Assembly: GCA_034435095.1 (NCBI GenBank)
Contig: DAOTYC010000143.1
Location: 1 to 59,706, forward strand
Source of the DNA: Anaerolineae bacterium
GTDB lineage: Bacteria; Chloroflexota; Anaerolineae; DAOTYC01
Length of the DNA: 59,706 nt
Reading direction: 5' to 3'
Shown here one piece after another: positions 9,594-19,138 of the stretch (its first letter is position 1; each line of letters opens with the position of its first letter). Both the position numbers and the translations under genes were made by a program. The notes below the pieces were generated by a model. It worked only from the letters and a program-made list of their open reading frames with translations, was not told where the DNA came from and made no database searches.

Positions 9594-11066
9594 ATGAAGT
9601 GTCTGTTCGTCAGCCCCATCTCCGACGTCTGGAATGAACGCAAACACATCTCATTGGGACTGGGCTATCTGGCCGCTGTCGTGTTGCAGGCCGGCCACCA
9701 GGCCCGCATCTTCGACGCCGCGGTCGAAGACATGTCGCTGGCCGATGTCCTGGCCCAAGAACGCTTTGACATCGTGGGGATCACCGCCACCACGCCGCTC
9801 ATCTACGAGGCCTGGCAGGCGGCCAGGCTGGCTAAAGAGCACGGCGCGCTGACCATCCTGGGCGGGGCGCATCCCACGCTGCTGCCCCAGGAGAGCATCG
9901 AACGGCCTGAAGTGGACCTGGTCGTGCGCGGCGAAGGCGAGGACACGCTGCTGGAGATCATCGAGCTCGCGTCAGGCCTGCCAGATGTCGCCGGCCAGCA
10001 GCGCCGTTTCGACCGCGCGACCTGGGAGCGCGTGCGGGGCATTACCTTCCGCTCATTGGAGGGCGAAATTGTCCATACGCCGGCCCGCCCGCTGCGCAAG
10101 GACCTGGATAGCCTGCCGTTCCCGGCCCATCACTTGATTGACATAACCAAATACACCAACCTGCAGCCGCTGACCGATGGCCTTGATCCCCACGCGCGGG
10201 CCTACACCATCGTGACCTCGCGCGGCTGCCCCTACAGTTGCATCTATTGTTCAAAGGCCATTACCGGCCGGAGCTGGCGGCCCCGTTCGCCGGACAGCGT
10301 GGTGGCCGAGTGGCGCTGGCTGGTGCGCGACCTGAAGGCCACTGAGATCGGCGTCACCGACGACTCGATGACCACCGACCTGAACCGCGCCAAGGCCATT
10401 TGCCGTCGGCTGATTGATGAGGGGCTGAACACCGTGCCCTGGATCACCGTTCACGGTATCCGCGCCGGCGACACCGACCTGGAGCTGCTGCGTCTGATGA
10501 AACAGGCCGGCTGCAAGCGGGTCGGTTTTGGCGTGGAAAGCGGCAACCAGCGCATCCTCGACTCTATCAAGAAGAAACAGACCATCGAGGAGGTGCGTCG
10601 CGCCTTCGACAACGCCAGGAAGGCGGGCCTGGAGACGATGGGCTTCTTCATTTTCGGCCTGCCGGGCGAGACCGAAGAGACGATGGACGACACCATCCGA
10701 CTGGCGCTCGAGCTCGAGCCGGACATGGCTAATTTCATGATCGCCGCCCCTTATCCGGGCACCGAAATGTATGAGACCGTGTTGCAGCACGGCCGTTTAT
10801 TCAGCCACAACTGGCGCGACTTTGCCATCCACGACGAGAAGGCCCGCTTCGAGATCGGCGACGTGACGGCGGAGCTGGTGGAACGCAAGTGGCACGAAGC
10901 CTATCGCCGCTTCTACCTGCGCCCGAGCCGCATCTGGCGCAAGGCGACCAACCCGCGCTTCTGGCGTGACCTGCCGACCGTGGTGTCCAATTTCCGGCGG
11001 TTCTTTTTGGCGAAGCGAGCGCATCGAGAGAGTGGACTGAGCGGCACCACGGCTGGGCGCAGATGA
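9594..11066 (+). CDS. B12-binding-domain radical SAM protein (paralog 2)
   Basis: SLGLGYLAA, GGAHPT, VVRGEGE, TSRGCPYSCIYC, GVESG, FFIFGLPGET; clearly homologous to 6098..7561 (e.g. KYTNLQP, EAYRRFYLRP). Confidence 0.92.
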   Translation: MKCLFVSPISDVWNERKHISLGLGYLAAVVLQAGHQARIFDAAVEDMSLADVLAQERFDIVGITATTPLIYEAWQAARLAKEHGALTILGGAHPTLLPQESIERPEVDLVVRGEGEDTLLEIIELASGLPDVAGQQRRFDRATWERVRGITFRSLEGEIVHTPARPLRKDLDSLPFPAHHLIDITKYTNLQPLTDGLDPHARAYTIVTSRGCPYSCIYCSKAITGRSWRPRSPDSVVAEWRWLVRDLKATEIGVTDDSMTTDLNRAKAICRRLIDEGLNTVPWITVHGIRAGDTDLELLRLMKQAGCKRVGFGVESGNQRILDSIKKKQTIEEVRRAFDNARKAGLETMGFFIFGLPGETEETMDDTIRLALELEPDMANFMIAAPYPGTEMYETVLQHGRLFSHNWRDFAIHDEKARFEIGDVTAELVERKWHEAYRRFYLRPSRIWRKATNPRFWRDLPTVVSNFRRFFLAKRAHRESGLSGTTAGRR

Positions 11067-11120
11067 ACGCCGATGCCGGCGTGATGGCTGTCCATCCGCG
11101 TGACTCTGCGTTCATCTGCG
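11058..11120. repeat. 13-bp perfect inverted repeat (CGCAGATGAACGC / GCGTTCATCTGCG)
   Basis: Arms at 11058-11070 and 11108-11120; the left arm contains the stop codon of radical SAM 2. Confidence 0.7.
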
Positions 11121-11151
11121 GTTTCAAGAACCGGAGGGCGAATGTGAGCAC

Positions 11152-11787
11152 ATGATTACAGAGGAGCAGGCCAGGGCCTATTACGCCGATAACGACGTCT
11201 CGCACGATTTCGACCATGTGTTGCGGGTCACCGCGCTGGCGGAACGCATCGCTCGCGCTGAAGGCGCGGACCCGGCGGTCGTCCGCACTGCCGCGCTTCT
11301 CCACGACATCGGCCGGGCAGAGCAGTCGCGCACGGGGGCGTGCCACGCTGAGACCGGCGCGCGCCGGGCACGGGAGATCCTGGCCGCCTGCCCTCCTGAG
11401 TTCGTCGAGGCTGTCGCCCATGCCATCGCCGCCCACCGCTACCGCGACCCGGAGCACGCGCCGCAGACGTTGGAGGCCAAAGTGCTGTTCGACGCCGATA
11501 AGCTCGATGCCATGGGCGCTATCGGCGTGGGGCGGGCCTTCGCCATGGCCGGCAAGCGACGGCAGCACCTGTGGAGCCCGCTCGATGCGCCAGTCGTCGG
11601 CGACCGGAGCGCGATCATCGAGGGAGTGACCGAAGACCATACGCCGGTGCAGGAGTACTTGTTCAAACTGCGCCACCTGCGCGATGCGATGTTCACCAAC
11701 ACGGGGCGCGCGCTGGCCGCCGGGCGGCATCGCTTCATGGCCGCCTTCTTCGAGCGGCTCGAACGTGAGGTAAAGGGCGAGATATAG
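11152..11787 (+). CDS. HD-domain phosphohydrolase
   Basis: HDFDHVLRV, LLHDIG, DADKLDAMGAIG. Confidence 0.9.
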   Translation: MITEEQARAYYADNDVSHDFDHVLRVTALAERIARAEGADPAVVRTAALLHDIGRAEQSRTGACHAETGARRAREILAACPPEFVEAVAHAIAAHRYRDPEHAPQTLEAKVLFDADKLDAMGAIGVGRAFAMAGKRRQHLWSPLDAPVVGDRSAIIEGVTEDHTPVQEYLFKLRHLRDAMFTNTGRALAAGRHRFMAAFFERLEREVKGEI

Positions 11788-11918
11788 GGGCGGATGGGCG
11801 ACAACAAAGGATATGTGACCGTTCGCATTGCCATCAGCACGCCGCAGGCGGCAGAGTAGACCGCGCTTCGTTATCGCCATTCTTCGTGTATACTTGTAGC
11901 CATGATGAGGAGAGGGGT

Positions 11919-13265
11919 GTGAACGGATCAGAACCGGAGGCCGGGCCTGGCGGTGTGAGGAGCCACGCGGATCGTGTCTCTGTCGGCCACTCCCTGGGGC
12001 TGGTCATTTTGGCTGTGGCCGTTTTTGTCCTGTACTCGTTTGGTCTGTACGCCGCGTTTACTTCCAGGTGGCAGGGCGGCAGTGACTTTTTCCCGCGTTG
12101 GTCGGGCGCCCAGATGCTGTTCCTGGAGGGCAAAAGCCCGTATTCGCTGGAAGCCACGCAGCGAACACAGCGCGCGCTCTACAACGGCCGCCTGGCCCGA
12201 GAAGACGAGGATCAGGTCGCTTTTGCCTACCCCATCTATGCGGTCTATTTTGTTGCGCCGTTGATCTTTCTAAGTTACGCGCAGGCTCTGGCGGTCTGGA
12301 TGGTGATGCTGCAATTCGCGCTGTGCGCTATGTTGGGCCTGTGCATGTCTCTCTACGGCTGGCGGCCGGCGGCATGGCTGACCGCGGCGACCGGCCTCTG
12401 GATGATCCTCAATTACAACAGCGGCGAGGCGATCATCGTCGGCCAATTGGGGGTCATCGTCGCCCTGATGGTGACGCTGGCCTTGTGGTCGCTCCACGCT
12501 GGCCGCGACTGGTGGGCCGGCGCATTTCTCGCGCTCAGCACCATCAAGCCGCAGATGGTCTTTCTGATCATCCCTTTGCTGCTGTTGTGGTCGCTGACCA
12601 AACGTCGCTGGGGAGTGGCGCTTGGGTTCGGGCTCGCCATGATCGCGCTGGCCGGTTCAGGCTGGTTGCTTGTCCCTGACTGGATTGTCCAGTCTATCGC
12701 CGGAATGCAGCAATATGCTCGCTACACGGCCTACGGCGGGCCGAGCTGGCTGCTGACTGAATACTACTTCCCCTTTCTTGGCCGCCCGGCGAACATAGCC
12801 CTGACCCTGGCTCTGGTGGGCTACCTGGCATGGCAGTGGCGCGCGGTATGGGGGCTGCACATGGCAGGCCGCGGAATGCGAATCCCCCAATCCGAAATCT
12901 CAGGTGCCGAATGCGGAAGGCCATCCGCCTGGCCGTCGCTCTGGTGGGTAACGGGGCTGACCCTGATCGTTACGCAGCTCATCGCGCCACACACGGCGAC
13001 GGCCAACTACGTCATTCTGTACATCCCGGTGCTGTTCGCTTTCAGCGTCTTAGACCGCCAGTTCCGCTTCGGGCGGTGGTACATCCTGGCGTTCGAGCTG
13101 GGCAGCCTGGTCGGGTTTTGGACGCTGTTCGCGCTGACGGTCGTGCCCGAGCGCGGCGGCAACCTGCCGCAGGAAGACCCTATCATGTACCTCCCGCTGC
13201 CTCTTCTGCTGTTGCTGGCCTTCATCCTGGGCCGCAGCCGACTGATGCGCGTGGAGGGGGGATAG
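11919..13265 (+). CDS. GT87 / DUF2029-like polyprenyl-phospho-sugar-dependent glycosyltransferase (GT-C fold)
   Basis: GTG 11919 after AGGAGAGG; SDFFPRW, FAYP, GQLG, IKPQ motifs; about 10 TM segments. Confidence 0.8.
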   Translation: MNGSEPEAGPGGVRSHADRVSVGHSLGLVILAVAVFVLYSFGLYAAFTSRWQGGSDFFPRWSGAQMLFLEGKSPYSLEATQRTQRALYNGRLAREDEDQVAFAYPIYAVYFVAPLIFLSYAQALAVWMVMLQFALCAMLGLCMSLYGWRPAAWLTAATGLWMILNYNSGEAIIVGQLGVIVALMVTLALWSLHAGRDWWAGAFLALSTIKPQMVFLIIPLLLLWSLTKRRWGVALGFGLAMIALAGSGWLLVPDWIVQSIAGMQQYARYTAYGGPSWLLTEYYFPFLGRPANIALTLALVGYLAWQWRAVWGLHMAGRGMRIPQSEISGAECGRPSAWPSLWWVTGLTLIVTQLIAPHTATANYVILYIPVLFAFSVLDRQFRFGRWYILAFELGSLVGFWTLFALTVVPERGGNLPQEDPIMYLPLPLLLLLAFILGRSRLMRVEGG

Positions 13266-13269
13266 GCCG

Positions 13270-15354
13270 ATGAAGGAGAGGCCAGATTGGCGGTGGCTGC
13301 TCTCGGTGGCAGCAGCGATGGCGTGGGCTTTCGTGGTCATCGCGCTGTACTATGTGGTTCACAAGCCCATCGGGCTAAGTAATGCCGCTGCCCTGCTCTC
13401 CGCGCTGCGCGACTTGCTGGTCGCCGCCCTGGTGATCGGGGCAGGGACAGGGATCGGCCTGCGTTGTTTGGCGAGGGCAGGAGACATGGCGGGTGGGCAG
13501 GGCGCCGACGCGCTTGAGACGCTGCTGTTCGGCGCGGGATTGGGCCTCGGTGCGCTCGGCCTGATCATGCTGGGCGTGGGCCTGGTGGGCGGACTCTACC
13601 GGCCGGTGATGTGGGCTCTGGTCATCGGCGGGCTGGCGCTGGGGGGACGTGAGGCGATTCGGCTGGTCCGGCGTGCTTGGGGTGAGGCATTGCCCTTGCC
13701 GGCCGGGCTGTTCTACCGATTTGTCGCCGTTTTCATCGGCGCCACGCTCGTGCTGGCGTTGCTGCAGGCCCTCTTGCCGCCAACCGCCTGGGACAGCCTG
13801 ACCTATCACCTGACCGGGCCAAAGCTGTATCTTGAGGCGCACCGCTTCATCCCAGATGTGGACATCGTTCACCTGGGCTTTCCGGCTCTGATCGAGATGC
13901 TCTACGCGGCGGGCATGTCGCTGGGCAGCTCGGCAGTCCCACAGGTTATCGGGTGGGCCTTTGGGCTCTTGACGCTGCTGCTCATGTACGCTTTTGTGCG
14001 CCGCCATCTGGCCGGTGAGTTGAGCAGCGATGGACAGGCCCGGACGGGTGGGACGCCGTCAACTTGGGACGTGCGAGTGGCCTGGCTCGCTATGGCCCTG
14101 CTGCTCAGCGCGCCAACCGTTGTTTTGCTCTTGCATTGGGCATACGTTGAGCCCGCGCTCATGTTCTATGAACTGAGCGCGGTTTATGCCTTCGTCCGCT
14201 GGCGCGAATCGGATGACCGGCGCTGGCTGGCCCTGGCTGGCGTCTGCTGTGGCTTCGGGATGGGGGCCAAGTATACCGCCGTAAGCCTGACCGTGGCCCT
14301 GGCCTTGCTCGTGCTGTGGCGCCGGCGGGCGATGCTCTGGCGCGGCGGCCTGCCCGACGTATTGCGGTTCGGCGGCGTGGCTGGCCTGGTCACATTGCCC
14401 TGGTTGCTCAAGAATGGTTTCTTCTTGGGCAACCCTTTCTACCCGTTTGTGTTCGGCGGTGTTCATTGGGATGCGCAGCGACAGGCCTGGTATGCGCAGC
14501 CAGGCAGCGGGCTGGCCTATACGGCGCCATGGCAACTGCTGACCGCCCCCTGGGACATGACGATCTACGGGATTGAAGGCAAAGTCGGTTTCTCGGCGAC
14601 CATCGGCCCGCTCTACCTGATCGGTCTGTTTATCCTGCCCTTTGTGTGGCGCCACATCCCCACGTCACAAAGAGACGTATTGCGCCCCGTGCTGGCGGTC
14701 TGCGGCGTGCAGTATGTGCTCTGGCTGGCGGCAGCGGCGCAATCGGGCCCGCTGGTGCAGACGCGCTTGCTGCTGCCGGCCTTCCCGCTTCTGGCGATGC
14801 TGGCCGCCAGTGGATTCGTCCATGCCGCTGCGCTCCGTCGGCCGCAGTTTGCACTGGACTGGGTGCTGAAAGTTGTGGTCGCGTTGAGCCTGAGCTTAAA
14901 CCTGCTGGGCGCCCTCGTGGATGCGGTTGCCACCAACCCGCTCGCCCATACCTTCGGCTGGGAGTCGGAGAGGGATTACCTGAACCGCCGCCTGGGCTGG
15001 CATTATGCGACGATGGAGCACATCAACCGTGAGCTGCCGCAGGGCAGCCGGCTGTACTATCTGTGGGAGACGCGCAGCTTCTATTGTGATCGCCCCTCTC
15101 GGCCCGATGCGGTCCTGGACGCCTTTTTGCACCTGGTGTACCGCTTCGGCGACGCCTCGGCCATCGCCGCCCATCTAAAAGCGGCAGGCTACACGCACGT
15201 CTTGCTGTACCAACAGGGCCTGGAGTTCGTGCTGGCCGAAACGGATACGCCTTTGGGCGAACGCGAACTCGCCATCCTGGATGAGCTTCGGGCCGACTAC
15301 CTGCGGCCCGTCCATGTGGGAGGCCAGGCGTATGTCCTGTACGAGCTGCGTTAG
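13270..15354 (+). CDS. Large polytopic GT-C (PMT_2/ArnT-like) membrane protein, paralog 1
   Basis: PPTAWDSLTYHL loop motif, GMGAKYT, PWLLKN..GNP; many TM helices; soluble C-terminal domain. Confidence 0.75.
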   Translation: MKERPDWRWLLSVAAAMAWAFVVIALYYVVHKPIGLSNAAALLSALRDLLVAALVIGAGTGIGLRCLARAGDMAGGQGADALETLLFGAGLGLGALGLIMLGVGLVGGLYRPVMWALVIGGLALGGREAIRLVRRAWGEALPLPAGLFYRFVAVFIGATLVLALLQALLPPTAWDSLTYHLTGPKLYLEAHRFIPDVDIVHLGFPALIEMLYAAGMSLGSSAVPQVIGWAFGLLTLLLMYAFVRRHLAGELSSDGQARTGGTPSTWDVRVAWLAMALLLSAPTVVLLLHWAYVEPALMFYELSAVYAFVRWRESDDRRWLALAGVCCGFGMGAKYTAVSLTVALALLVLWRRRAMLWRGGLPDVLRFGGVAGLVTLPWLLKNGFFLGNPFYPFVFGGVHWDAQRQAWYAQPGSGLAYTAPWQLLTAPWDMTIYGIEGKVGFSATIGPLYLIGLFILPFVWRHIPTSQRDVLRPVLAVCGVQYVLWLAAAAQSGPLVQTRLLLPAFPLLAMLAASGFVHAAALRRPQFALDWVLKVVVALSLSLNLLGALVDAVATNPLAHTFGWESERDYLNRRLGWHYATMEHINRELPQGSRLYYLWETRSFYCDRPSRPDAVLDAFLHLVYRFGDASAIAAHLKAAGYTHVLLYQQGLEFVLAETDTPLGERELAILDELRADYLRPVHVGGQAYVLYELR

Positions 15355-15383
15355 TCAGGCCCTCACGCCAGGAGGGCCTTGAC

Positions 15384-17414
15384 ATGAAACCAACCCGCAG
15401 CGGGCCGTGGTTTCTGCCGGTCGCCGCCATCACCGTCTGGTCGTTCGTTGTGATGGCGCTTTATTACCTGGTCCACAAACCACTCGGCCCGGTCAACGCG
15501 CAAGCCATTGTTTTGGCCTGTCTGGACCTGGCCGCTGCCGGCAGCGTCGTTTACGTTGGAATCGGCGTCGGGGCGCGGCTGCTGCCGGAATTGCCGGCGA
15601 CTTCCCCGGCGGAGCGTCTGGCCCTGTCGGCCGGCCTGGGAATGGGCGCCATCGGCCTGATCGTACTGGCCGTAGGGGTGATGGGCGGCCTATATCTCAG
15701 CATCTTGGGCCTCTTGATGTGCGTCGGGCTTGTCTGGGCCACGCCGCACACCGTCTCGCTCATAAAAAGCGTTCAGCAGGCCGGCCGCGCTGCCCTGTCC
15801 CGTCGCCAGCCAGGCGACGCGGTCTCTCGCTTCATGATGGTCTTCACGGTAGCGCTTCTCCTCTTGTCTCTTCTGAAGTCGCTTACGCCGCCAACCTCCT
15901 GGGATAGCCTGGTCTATCACTTGACGGGGCCCAAGCTGTGGGTGCAGGCGCATCGCATCTGGCCCGCCCTGGAAATGCCGTTCGGAGGCTACCCGTCTCT
16001 GACGGAAATGCTTTTCACGGTGGGGATGTTGCTCGGACGGCCGGCGGTAGCCCAGCTCATCCATTGGACTTTTGGCGTGTTGCTGCTGCTGTTGCTCTAC
16101 GCGCTGGTGCGCAGATACTTCGATCCCAGAATAGCCTGGCTGTCTGTGGCTATCCTGGTTGGCTCGCCAGTCGTGACGGGCCAGCTCTCGTGGGCTTACG
16201 TGGACATCGCGTTGATGTATTTTGCTCTGGCTGCTGTGTATGCTGTGCTGCGCTGGCAGGAGACTGATGAAGTGCGGTGGCTGTGGGTCGCCGGCGTGTT
16301 CGGTGGATTGGCGATGGGCGTGAAGTACACCGGCGTCGCGACAGTGGGGGCGCTATGTCTCTTCACACTTTGGCGCAGCCGTTCAGGAGGCTTCGCCAGA
16401 GTGCGCGGCCATTTGCTTGCGCTCGGCCTGCCGGCAGCCGCTCTGGCCCTGCCGTGGCTGTTGCGCAACTGGGCGTTCACCGGCAACCCGGTCGCCCCTT
16501 TTGTGTTTGAGACGGCGGGCTGGGACGCCGCGCGCCAGGCCTTTTGTGCGCGGCCTGGCACTGGCCTGGCGTATGTGGCGCCGTGGCGACTGCTGACGGC
16601 CCCCTGGGACATGACCATGCAGCATCCGGAGTCTGTGGCGGGCTTCGGCTCGGAGATTGGGCCGCTCCTGCTGCTCGGCCTGCCGTTGTTGGCCGTGACC
16701 TGGCGCTCCGCCCCGCCGCGCGAGAAGAACGTGCTGCGCGCTCTGCTGCTGATGAGCCTGCCTCAGTACATGTTCTGGCTCGTCGGCGTCGCTGAATCGC
16801 TGATGTTGCAGCAGGTTCGCCTGCTGCTCCCCGTTTTTCCGCTCGCATCTGTGGCGGCTGCATTTGGGCTGGCGCGTATGCACGATTTGCGCCGTCCCAT
16901 GCTCAATGTAGGCTGGGTGCTTCAGGCCATCGTTGTGCTTGCGTTGTGTTTGACTTTGCTCCAAAACATGGCAGACTTTGTGCGACAGAACCCGCTGGCC
17001 TATATCGCCGGCTACCAGTCGGCGGACGACTATCTGAAAGCGCACCTGTGGTCCCATTACCTGGCCATGGACTACATCAATCGGGAATTGCCGCCGCAGG
17101 CCAACGTGTTCTTCCTTTGGGAGACACGCAGTTTCTATTGCGACCGCCGCTGTCGTCCAGACCTTGTGCCGGATGCCTTCCGGGAGCTGCGCGCCCGTTT
17201 TGGCACTGCGCCGGGTATCGCGGAGCACCTCAAAGGCGCGGGCTATACCCATGTGCTGCTCTATCAGTGGGGGATGGACTTTGTCATCAATGAGGAGGAT
17301 GGTTCGCTGGATGAGCAGGACCTGGCGGTCTTTCGAGAACTGGAGCGGGACTACCTGAGGCCGGTTCACCGGGTTGCAGAAGGCCAGCCCTTTGTGCTCT
17401 ATGAGATCCGCTAA
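15384..17414 (+). CDS. Large polytopic GT-C (PMT_2/ArnT-like) membrane protein, paralog 2
   Basis: PPTSWDSLVYHL, AMGVKYT, PWLLRN..GNP, LAYVAPWRLLTAPWDMT, LWETRSFYCDR shared with 13270..15354. Confidence 0.75.
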   Translation: MKPTRSGPWFLPVAAITVWSFVVMALYYLVHKPLGPVNAQAIVLACLDLAAAGSVVYVGIGVGARLLPELPATSPAERLALSAGLGMGAIGLIVLAVGVMGGLYLSILGLLMCVGLVWATPHTVSLIKSVQQAGRAALSRRQPGDAVSRFMMVFTVALLLLSLLKSLTPPTSWDSLVYHLTGPKLWVQAHRIWPALEMPFGGYPSLTEMLFTVGMLLGRPAVAQLIHWTFGVLLLLLLYALVRRYFDPRIAWLSVAILVGSPVVTGQLSWAYVDIALMYFALAAVYAVLRWQETDEVRWLWVAGVFGGLAMGVKYTGVATVGALCLFTLWRSRSGGFARVRGHLLALGLPAAALALPWLLRNWAFTGNPVAPFVFETAGWDAARQAFCARPGTGLAYVAPWRLLTAPWDMTMQHPESVAGFGSEIGPLLLLGLPLLAVTWRSAPPREKNVLRALLLMSLPQYMFWLVGVAESLMLQQVRLLLPVFPLASVAAAFGLARMHDLRRPMLNVGWVLQAIVVLALCLTLLQNMADFVRQNPLAYIAGYQSADDYLKAHLWSHYLAMDYINRELPPQANVFFLWETRSFYCDRRCRPDLVPDAFRELRARFGTAPGIAEHLKGAGYTHVLLYQWGMDFVINEEDGSLDEQDLAVFRELERDYLRPVHRVAEGQPFVLYEIR

Positions 17415-17426
17415 TCGGAGGGCGAC

Positions 17427-19007
17427 ATGAAGTCGGCGGAAAGCATCCTGAAATATCTGCTGGTGGTCGCTGCGCTTGGCTACCTGGTGATGTATCTGTT
17501 TGTTGCTCTGTCGCGGCTGGGCTATCCGTTCGGACTGGAATGGATGGAAGGCGGGGCAGTGGATCATGTGCGCTGGATTCTGGCCGGGCGTCCACTGTAC
17601 GGCCGACCGATGCTTGAGTTTATTGCCTATGCCTATACGCCGTTGTATTACTATCTGGGGGCGGCTGTGGCCTACGTTCTGGGCGTGGGGCTTATGCCGT
17701 TGCGCCTGATTTCATTGCTGGCCTCGCTGGGCTGTTTCGCCGTTATCTACCTGTGGGTCAGGCGCGAGACGCGCGCCGCGTTCTTCGGCCTGCTGTCGGC
17801 CGGCATGTTCGCAGCAACGTTCCGGCCTGGCGGGGCCTGGTTCGACCTGGCCCGCGTGGACACGCTGTTTCTGTTGTTCGTGCTGCTGGCCCTCTACGCC
17901 CTTCGCTGGATGGCCCCGTCCGCCAGCTCAGGAGCGGAGCAGAGCGACGGACCGCAGGCGCGTCGGCCTGCGCGGGCCTGGCTTGCGTCTTCCGCCGCGG
18001 CCGGGCTGTGGCTGGTTCTGGCCTTTCAGACCAAGCAGACGGCACTGGTGGTGGCTCTGCCGCTGATGGCCTACGCGCTGGTCGCCCACGGGCGACGGGC
18101 GGTAACGTTCGTTGGCGTGGCCGGCCTCGGTATAGTCGGCAGCGTGTGGTCGCTGAACTACCTGTATGGCGGCTGGTACAACTACTACGTCTTCGACCTG
18201 CCTCGCCGACATGCCATCGTCCCGCGCGTGTGGATTGATTTCTGGGTCACTGACATTTTCCTGGCCCTGTTCGTTGTCTGTCTGGTGACGCTGGCTTTGG
18301 GGGTCGGGCTGGCCCTGGACAGAAACCCCGGCAGACGCGACCTGTGGTTTTATCTGGCGGCCTTCGGCGGAATGCTGGCTGCGTCATGGGGGTCGCGGCT
18401 GTCCGATGGCGGCTATAACAATGTGCTGCTGCCCGCCTACGCGATGCTCTCAATCGGTTTTGGCCTGGGCGTCCATTGGCTTCTGGCGCGGACGGCGCAG
18501 TGGGCGACGGCCAGAAGGACAATGGCACATTGCTATCTGTTCCTGCTGTGCCTCATTCAGTTCCTGACCTTGCGCTACGACCCGTGGGCGCAGATTCCCA
18601 CGCGAGCCGACCTGGACAGCGGCTACCGGGCGGTCGAGCAGATCGCCCAACTGGACGGCGAGGTGTTCATCCCATACTGCGGTGGCCTGTCGGCGATGGC
18701 CGGCAAGCCGGCGCACGCCTCGGCGATGGGCCTGTTCGATGTCATCGGCTGGGACCGGCGGAGCCAGGCGGCGCAGGCCCTGGCCGCCGAGGTCCGCCAG
18801 GCGTTGGTCGGGCAGCGTTTCGGTGCGCTCATCCTGAACGAGCCGCAGGACTGGTTCGAACGCGCCTGGCGAGCCGAAACGACGACATATTACTCCCCGA
18901 CGGGCCAACTATTCGACGATCCGGCGGTCTTCTGGCCGGTAACGGGCATGAGGACGAGGCCGCAGACGATCTACCTGCCGACGGCGCCGCGCCAAGAGAC
19001 GCCCTGA
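17427..19007 (+). CDS. GT-C (ArnT/PMT_2-like) membrane glycosyltransferase
   Basis: GLEWMEG first-loop motif, YTPLYY, DLARVD, FQTKQT; polytopic. Confidence 0.7.
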   Translation: MKSAESILKYLLVVAALGYLVMYLFVALSRLGYPFGLEWMEGGAVDHVRWILAGRPLYGRPMLEFIAYAYTPLYYYLGAAVAYVLGVGLMPLRLISLLASLGCFAVIYLWVRRETRAAFFGLLSAGMFAATFRPGGAWFDLARVDTLFLLFVLLALYALRWMAPSASSGAEQSDGPQARRPARAWLASSAAAGLWLVLAFQTKQTALVVALPLMAYALVAHGRRAVTFVGVAGLGIVGSVWSLNYLYGGWYNYYVFDLPRRHAIVPRVWIDFWVTDIFLALFVVCLVTLALGVGLALDRNPGRRDLWFYLAAFGGMLAASWGSRLSDGGYNNVLLPAYAMLSIGFGLGVHWLLARTAQWATARRTMAHCYLFLLCLIQFLTLRYDPWAQIPTRADLDSGYRAVEQIAQLDGEVFIPYCGGLSAMAGKPAHASAMGLFDVIGWDRRSQAAQALAAEVRQALVGQRFGALILNEPQDWFERAWRAETTTYYSPTGQLFDDPAVFWPVTGMRTRPQTIYLPTAPRQETP

Positions 19008-19138
19008 GGACAAACGGGGGCGTTGCAGCCACATGACAGTTTGCTCCAGGAGTTGAAATGCCCCCAGTCAATTGACCATGTTTGGGATTTGGCCCGCTGC
19101 GTTATATACTGCGAGTATTACCGGAAGGAGGGGGAGCC

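Noticed and set aside
6098-11066. Hopanoid (hpnIJL) or bacteriochlorophyll (bchE) biosynthesis genes
   Set aside because: Only family-level similarity; no shc, hpnH, hpnK or bch genes are in the window, so no symbol was assigned.
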